A stretch of DNA of 64,000 nucleotides, taken from Salpingoeca rosetta. Taxonomy: Eukaryota > Protista > Choanoflagellata. Location: the NCBI GenBank assembly GCA_033442325.1, contig JAWQFM010000030.1, forward strand, positions 442,561 through 506,560, in the 5' to 3' direction. Made by a program: the position numbers and the translations under genes. The notes below the pieces were generated by a model. That model did not search any database and was not told the DNA's origin. It saw nothing but the letters and a program-made list of their open reading frames with translations. Below, one piece after another: positions 59,245 to 64,000 of the stretch. Positions within the stretch are counted from its first letter, which is position 1. Each line of letters opens with the position of its first letter.

Positions 59245-61647
59245 ATGGCAGTTGGTGCCGTATCCCTTGGCCACGATGCCGGGTCGCCGCTCCTGGCAGT
59301 GTCGGCTGCACCGGATTCTTCCACGCCCACGTCCTCATCCAGTACCACAGCTGCTGTCAGTGCTACTGTCACAACGACCGCGACGACGACGACGACGACG
59401 ACGACGACGCTTCTTACATCGCAGCCTGATGAGTTTGCCGTTATCGACATCATCCCCGCGTCCACCGCAACCGACACGGCCACACCATGCTCTCCCACCA
59501 CCAGAAGCGACGCCATCGTAGTGCTGGTGCATGTCCCGAAGTCCAGTGCCATAACCTCAGCCATTGGGGCCCCCGATGAGGCATCGTCGCCAGAGCACGT
59601 GCTGCAGCGCCTGTGTCCTCTGCCAGCAGCCGCGATGACGACCACGACAGCAGTGAGCACAGTCACACCGGTGGACACGAGGCCCTGTGTCACAGCCGAT
59701 GCAGACCAGCCGCTGCTGCCACCGCTGCCCCCACTGGAGCCGTCGACGACATGTGAGCACCCAAGCAGCATCCTCGTCATTGACCCATCCACGGGCACAA
59801 CAGCAACCACAGCCGCCGCGCCTATCGCTGCTACCGCTGGTGCTGCACACGACACATCGTACACCCTCATCACCCCCGCCGCTGCAGACGCCATAGCAGC
59901 GGCGGCGGTGACGACGACACCGACGAAACGAGCGGTGGTGTGGGCGGCCCTGCTGCTGTACATGCTGATGATTGGCGGCGCGCAGGTGCTGTTCCGCATG
60001 CAGGTGGTGTTGTATGGCGACACGACCACCTTTGCCCTCTCCACCTACGTCCTGTTTGTCATCATGGGGAGCGTGACGGCCCAGTCCGCGTACGTTGCGT
60101 ACCAGATGGCATACCTGTGTCGCAGTGCCACCCCCAAACCGCGTTGGGTCACCCCCGTGCAAGGCTTCCTCTCTGGCGTGCTCAGCCTGACTGGCCTGGC
60201 GCTGTACCTGGTCATGACGAGCGATGGCGGCGAGGCGTCCGTGCTGTCTCCGCTCACAGCGCTTTTCATCATCATCCCACTCGCGTACGGCGTGCTTGGC
60301 CTTGGTGATCGTCTCAACGTGCCCCGTACCCTTGGCGTCGTGCTGGCGCTGCTGTCCGCTGTCCTGTTTGCCATGAGCACCGGTGGCAGCCTCCAGTTTA
60401 GCGGACGCACCATCCTCCTCTTTGTCCTGGCGGTGGTGGCGTGGGGCGTGTGCACGCTGCTGTACCAGGTGTTCTCGCTCAAGGAGCGACACGAGTACGC
60501 GGCAGGGTACCTGGGCTTTGTTGGCGGCGTTGTCACGGCTGCGCTTGTCGTTGCCTTTGCCGCTGGCTTCCCCTTACCCGACTTCCACTTCTCCGCCTCC
60601 CACGCCATCGTGTATGGCGGCGGCATGTGTCGTGGCATCGGCTCTGTCACTTTCTTTCTTCTCGCGCGCGCAATGCCACAGGAAGCGGCGGTGGTTGCTC
60701 CCATCAGCAGCTTGTATGTCATGCTGCCGGTCGTCGTGGGCATGGGCTTTCTTGGGGAGGCCGTCGATGCGTGGAAGCTGGGCGGTGTCGCAGCGTCCGT
60801 GCTCGGCGTGCTGCTGATGGGCGTGCGTGATTGGTCGACTGTGCTCCCGTGTCTTTACCGTCACCGTCGTGGTGCGCGCCATGCCAAGACAGCCATCCTC
60901 CCTGCCGTCGTCAGCGCAGGAACACTTGACCTCGCAACTGCCACTGACAATGGTGGCGTCGGTGTTGGCGTGCACGCGCGTGATGTGCTTGTGGCGCCGG
61001 CAACAACTGTCACGACTGCGATTGCTGCAGCAAGGCTACCATCTTCAGCACTTGACCCACCGTCATCATCATCGTCATTGTCATCATCATCGTCATCATC
61101 ACCCAGCCCAACACCGCTGACGACTGCGACCACCACGGGTACATCGACCCCAACAGCGGCACCAGATGCGCGCAGCATTGCCGGCGATATTGACATGTGC
61201 GAACGACCGCTTATGGCAGCGTGGGTGGCGCACGATGCTTGTGGCCAGCACACCACACTCGCGACAACGACAGCGCCAACAACAGCACGTGCTCCACGGA
61301 CGGACAGGGGGGCTTCTATCATTCCCGCTCAATCAACACCAACAGCAGCAACAAGTGCGACAATGACAGCAGCAGCATCACCAGCGTCTGTGCAACGACA
61401 ACGGGTGCCGTGGTGGCGTGTGCGGACCAGCAAGAAGGGCAGCCGTCGGGCCACGGTGGAGGTGTTGAAGGATGTGGCACCCAATGGGGTTGCTGCTGCA
61501 TTCGATGACCTCGCACTGGAGCGGCAGCAGCAGCACGAGGAGGAGGAGGAGGAGGGCATGGTGGAAAAGGAGGCGTTGGGGCTGTGTGAGGAGACGTTTG
61601 GATGGGGCAACGACGACGACGACGACAGAGGCGAGGGCGGGCTTTGA
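59245..61647 (+). CDS. Intronless EamA/DMT-superfamily transporter (two repeats, ~10 TM) with long Thr/Ala/Pro-rich termini
   Basis: About 10 hydrophobic helices with a repeated signature: EASVLSPLTALFIIIPLAYGVLGLGDRL..LGVVLALL and EAAVVAPISSLYVMLPVVVGMGFLGEAV..LGGVAASVLG. Confidence 0.85.
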   Translation: MAVGAVSLGHDAGSPLLAVSAAPDSSTPTSSSSTTAAVSATVTTTATTTTTTTTTLLTSQPDEFAVIDIIPASTATDTATPCSPTTRSDAIVVLVHVPKSSAITSAIGAPDEASSPEHVLQRLCPLPAAAMTTTTAVSTVTPVDTRPCVTADADQPLLPPLPPLEPSTTCEHPSSILVIDPSTGTTATTAAAPIAATAGAAHDTSYTLITPAAADAIAAAAVTTTPTKRAVVWAALLLYMLMIGGAQVLFRMQVVLYGDTTTFALSTYVLFVIMGSVTAQSAYVAYQMAYLCRSATPKPRWVTPVQGFLSGVLSLTGLALYLVMTSDGGEASVLSPLTALFIIIPLAYGVLGLGDRLNVPRTLGVVLALLSAVLFAMSTGGSLQFSGRTILLFVLAVVAWGVCTLLYQVFSLKERHEYAAGYLGFVGGVVTAALVVAFAAGFPLPDFHFSASHAIVYGGGMCRGIGSVTFFLLARAMPQEAAVVAPISSLYVMLPVVVGMGFLGEAVDAWKLGGVAASVLGVLLMGVRDWSTVLPCLYRHRRGARHAKTAILPAVVSAGTLDLATATDNGGVGVGVHARDVLVAPATTVTTAIAAARLPSSALDPPSSSSSLSSSSSSSPSPTPLTTATTTGTSTPTAAPDARSIAGDIDMCERPLMAAWVAHDACGQHTTLATTTAPTTARAPRTDRGASIIPAQSTPTAATSATMTAAASPASVQRQRVPWWRVRTSKKGSRRATVEVLKDVAPNGVAAAFDDLALERQQQHEEEEEEGMVEKEALGLCEETFGWGNDDDDDRGEGGL

Positions 61648-61744
61648 TCGACTGTTTCACTTTGGTTGTTTTCATGTTGACAAAGCCTGTACAATCAATT
61701 CATAAACGACTCGCCAACTGTAGAACTGGGAGGCACTTGTGTGT

Positions 61745-61823
<79 letters not shown>

Positions 61824-61966
61824 GGCGACAACACACGGATGACGCGAGATGAGGCTCGAGCATTGGTAGAAGATATTCACAAACATTCGGCACTTCTTCC
61901 TTCAAACGCAAACACAAACACAAACAACAACCAACAACAACCACTGCTTCTGCTGCTCCTCCTTCC

Positions 61967-62851
61967 ATGATGATGATGCTGCGATCGATTGGTGCGATGC
62001 TGACGCGCCGGGCAGTTGTGCCCGTGGCCATGCGCGGAGCGGCAGCGCCTCGGCGGTTCCTTTCCCTGAGCGGAAGGCGGATGGCCAACGGTGCGGGCGA
62101 GGCAACCACCGCTGGGCAAGCCGCTTCCACTGCAGGGACAGCGACCGGCGCTGCAACGGCCACGCAGGCGGTTGAGGTGTACAGCCGGCGGATGCAGGCG
62201 CTGCACTGGCTCGTCGGCGCGGGGATGCTGACGTGCGTCGCCACGGTGAAGATGGCCCAGTGGACCGAGGACAAGAAGAAGAAGGGCCAGTACATGATGA
62301 TCCACAAGTCCACGGCGCTGCTCGTGGCCGCGCTCGTCGTGCCGCGCGTGGCCATTCGCCTCGCATCCAAGATGCCAAAGGCCCTGCCGGGCACCTCCAA
62401 GTTTGAGCAGCTTGCCGGATCCTTCAGCCACTTCCTCATGTACGTGGCAATGATTGGCATGCCAGTGACCGGCATCACCATGGGATACTTTGGCGGCAAG
62501 GGCCTCCCCTTCTACGGCGCCCACATCCCCGGCACGGACACGCCCAACAAGAAGGTGGCCGGCACCGCCTTCAAGGTGCACAAGAAGATGGGCCAGGTGC
62601 TCGAGTATGTGCTGGCCCTCCACATCGGCGCTACCATCTTCCACATGTTCCAAGGCATCCCCATGCTGACGCGCATGGGCTTTGCGCTCTCGCCCACCTC
62701 CACCACCTCCGCTGCGCTTCTCCTGGCGGCCTTTACCGGCGACGATGCCGCGTCTCTCGATGACGACGACATCGCCGCCGCCTTCTTCCTCCACGACAAC
62801 ACCGATGACGGTGATGATGATGGGGAGGAGGAGGAGGAGGAGGAGGAGTAA
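61967..62851 (+). CDS. cybB: Bacterial-type di-heme cytochrome b561 (CybB/YceJ family, superoxide-oxidase-like) with N-terminal mitochondrial-type presequence and acidic tail
   Basis: YSRRMQALHWL, MMIHKSTALL..RVAIRL, SHFLMYVAMIGMPVTG, GLPFYG, VHKKMG, LALHIGATIFH: four TM helices with four heme-ligand His. The N-terminus is Arg/Ala/Leu-rich with no acidic residues. Intronless. Confidence 0.88.
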   Translation: MMMMLRSIGAMLTRRAVVPVAMRGAAAPRRFLSLSGRRMANGAGEATTAGQAASTAGTATGAATATQAVEVYSRRMQALHWLVGAGMLTCVATVKMAQWTEDKKKKGQYMMIHKSTALLVAALVVPRVAIRLASKMPKALPGTSKFEQLAGSFSHFLMYVAMIGMPVTGITMGYFGGKGLPFYGAHIPGTDTPNKKVAGTAFKVHKKMGQVLEYVLALHIGATIFHMFQGIPMLTRMGFALSPTSTTSAALLLAAFTGDDAASLDDDDIAAAFFLHDNTDDGDDDGEEEEEEEE

Positions 62852-63570
62852 TGTGCTGACGATGACATGGCTGTGGAGTGATCTGACCGTCAGCCGGAGC
62901 CGAATAAAGTTGGTGCTGCAGGTGTTCTGAAGGCGTTGTGTACGTGCGCATGCGTGTCGTGTTTCGTGGTTGCTTTCGTATCTGGATGGAAGTGTTTGAG
63001 CACTGCACTTGTGCATGTGCATGTGTACGCGCGCGTGTTTGTGTTTGTTTGCATGTCGCAAAGTTTGTGCACCGCCTGTTGTGTTGCACATCGTTATCAC
63101 GATGCCTCGGGCTGGCGAGATGTTCCGTTACAACGCACGGGCCATGCGTGCTTGGCTGTCTTGGTTGTGGTTGTGTTTTTGGGTCGTGATGTTCGTGATG
63201 TTGTGTTAATGTTGCGAGGGCTTGCGTCCTGGACGCATGTGGTGACACGTCATGCGTGCAGCTTGATTGTGGTGTGACGTGGTGTGTGCCAGCCATCCAA
63301 TACAAAACAATGCAAGTGGGCTACGTTTACGGTATGTGTGCGCACGTGCACATGAGGGACACGAGCACAGACAGCAACAGCTCCTATGTACATTGCATGC
63401 ATGCATGCATGCGCGCAGGCATGTGAGAGAGAACAACGGTTGGCTATGGACATGGAAACAAAGGGCAAAGTGTTCAGTGGGGAAGAAGGGTGGGGCGTCT
63501 AAGGAACGGGAAGTAGGGAAGAAGGGAAGAAGGGAAAGGACAGGGAAGAGAAACACAAAGAAGAAAGGCA

Positions 63571-63611
<41 letters not shown>

Positions 63612-63641
63612 GGGAGAAGAGGAGGAGGACGACAGTGGGAT

Positions 63642-63722
63642 TTAGATGGTCTGATGCAACGAAGCGCCAGCAATCACGTGCTTGTGCTCCTTCTCAAACG
63701 CTTCCAACTCTGATTTGAGGGC
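63642..63722 (-). CDS. Possible last exon of a gene entering from the right edge
   Basis: A polypyrimidine tract and cgcag acceptor are followed by ALKSELEAFEKEHKHVIAGASLHQTI*. No family recognised. Confidence 0.4.
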   Translation of the reverse strand, partial: ALKSELEAFEKEHKHVIAGASLHQTI

Positions 63723-64000
63723 CTGCGAGGCGGAAGAAGTGGTGGGGTATGAGGAAGGGGAGGGAGGCAATGAGACGATATTGCGATGAGGGCGAGGAAG
63801 GGCAAGAAGAGGGGGGGGGGGGGCTTGCGGATGAAGGTGAGGTAGCAGCACTCATATTACACGCAGAAATGCGGACACACAGACAGGCAGACAGGCAGAC
63901 ACACACACACACACACAGAGGCAGACACACACACACACACACACACAGAGGCAGACAGGCAGACACACACACACACGCAAAAATTTTGTTTTACGCTCTC

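Overview
Eukaryotic, intron-dense genomic DNA. The (CA/TG)n-filled introns, CAA/CAG poly-Gln exons, receptor TKL kinases and a PEST-family tyrosine phosphatase point to a choanoflagellate, most likely Salpingoeca rosetta (inference from style and gene content). Manual splicing gives about 13 genes: the 5' end of a TMEM106 homolog; two paralogous Gln-rich proteins; a CCDC34/CCDC181-like coiled-coil protein; an intronless claudin-like + AGTRAP-like + C2HC-finger protein; a secreted 2x cupredoxin + PLAT protein; a PTP-PEST (PTPN12/18/22) ortholog with an intact CTH motif; a RUFY-like FYVE protein truncated by a gap; a head-to-head pair of receptor TKL kinases (LRR and Kelch ectodomains); an EamA/DMT transporter; a bacterial-type cytochrome b561 (CybB) with a mitochondrial-type presequence; and a possible terminal exon of a gene outside the window. 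Top finding: the two Gln-rich paralogs each end in a 9-Cys double zinc-finger module. It is split over small exons, so the ORF track does not show it. Its Cys order follows the nuclear-receptor DNA-binding domain, a family regarded as animal-specific, and no ligand-binding domain follows it. There are two N gaps and a probable local misassembly at about 41.5-42.9 kb. No rRNA, tRNA, CRISPR or transposase was recognised.
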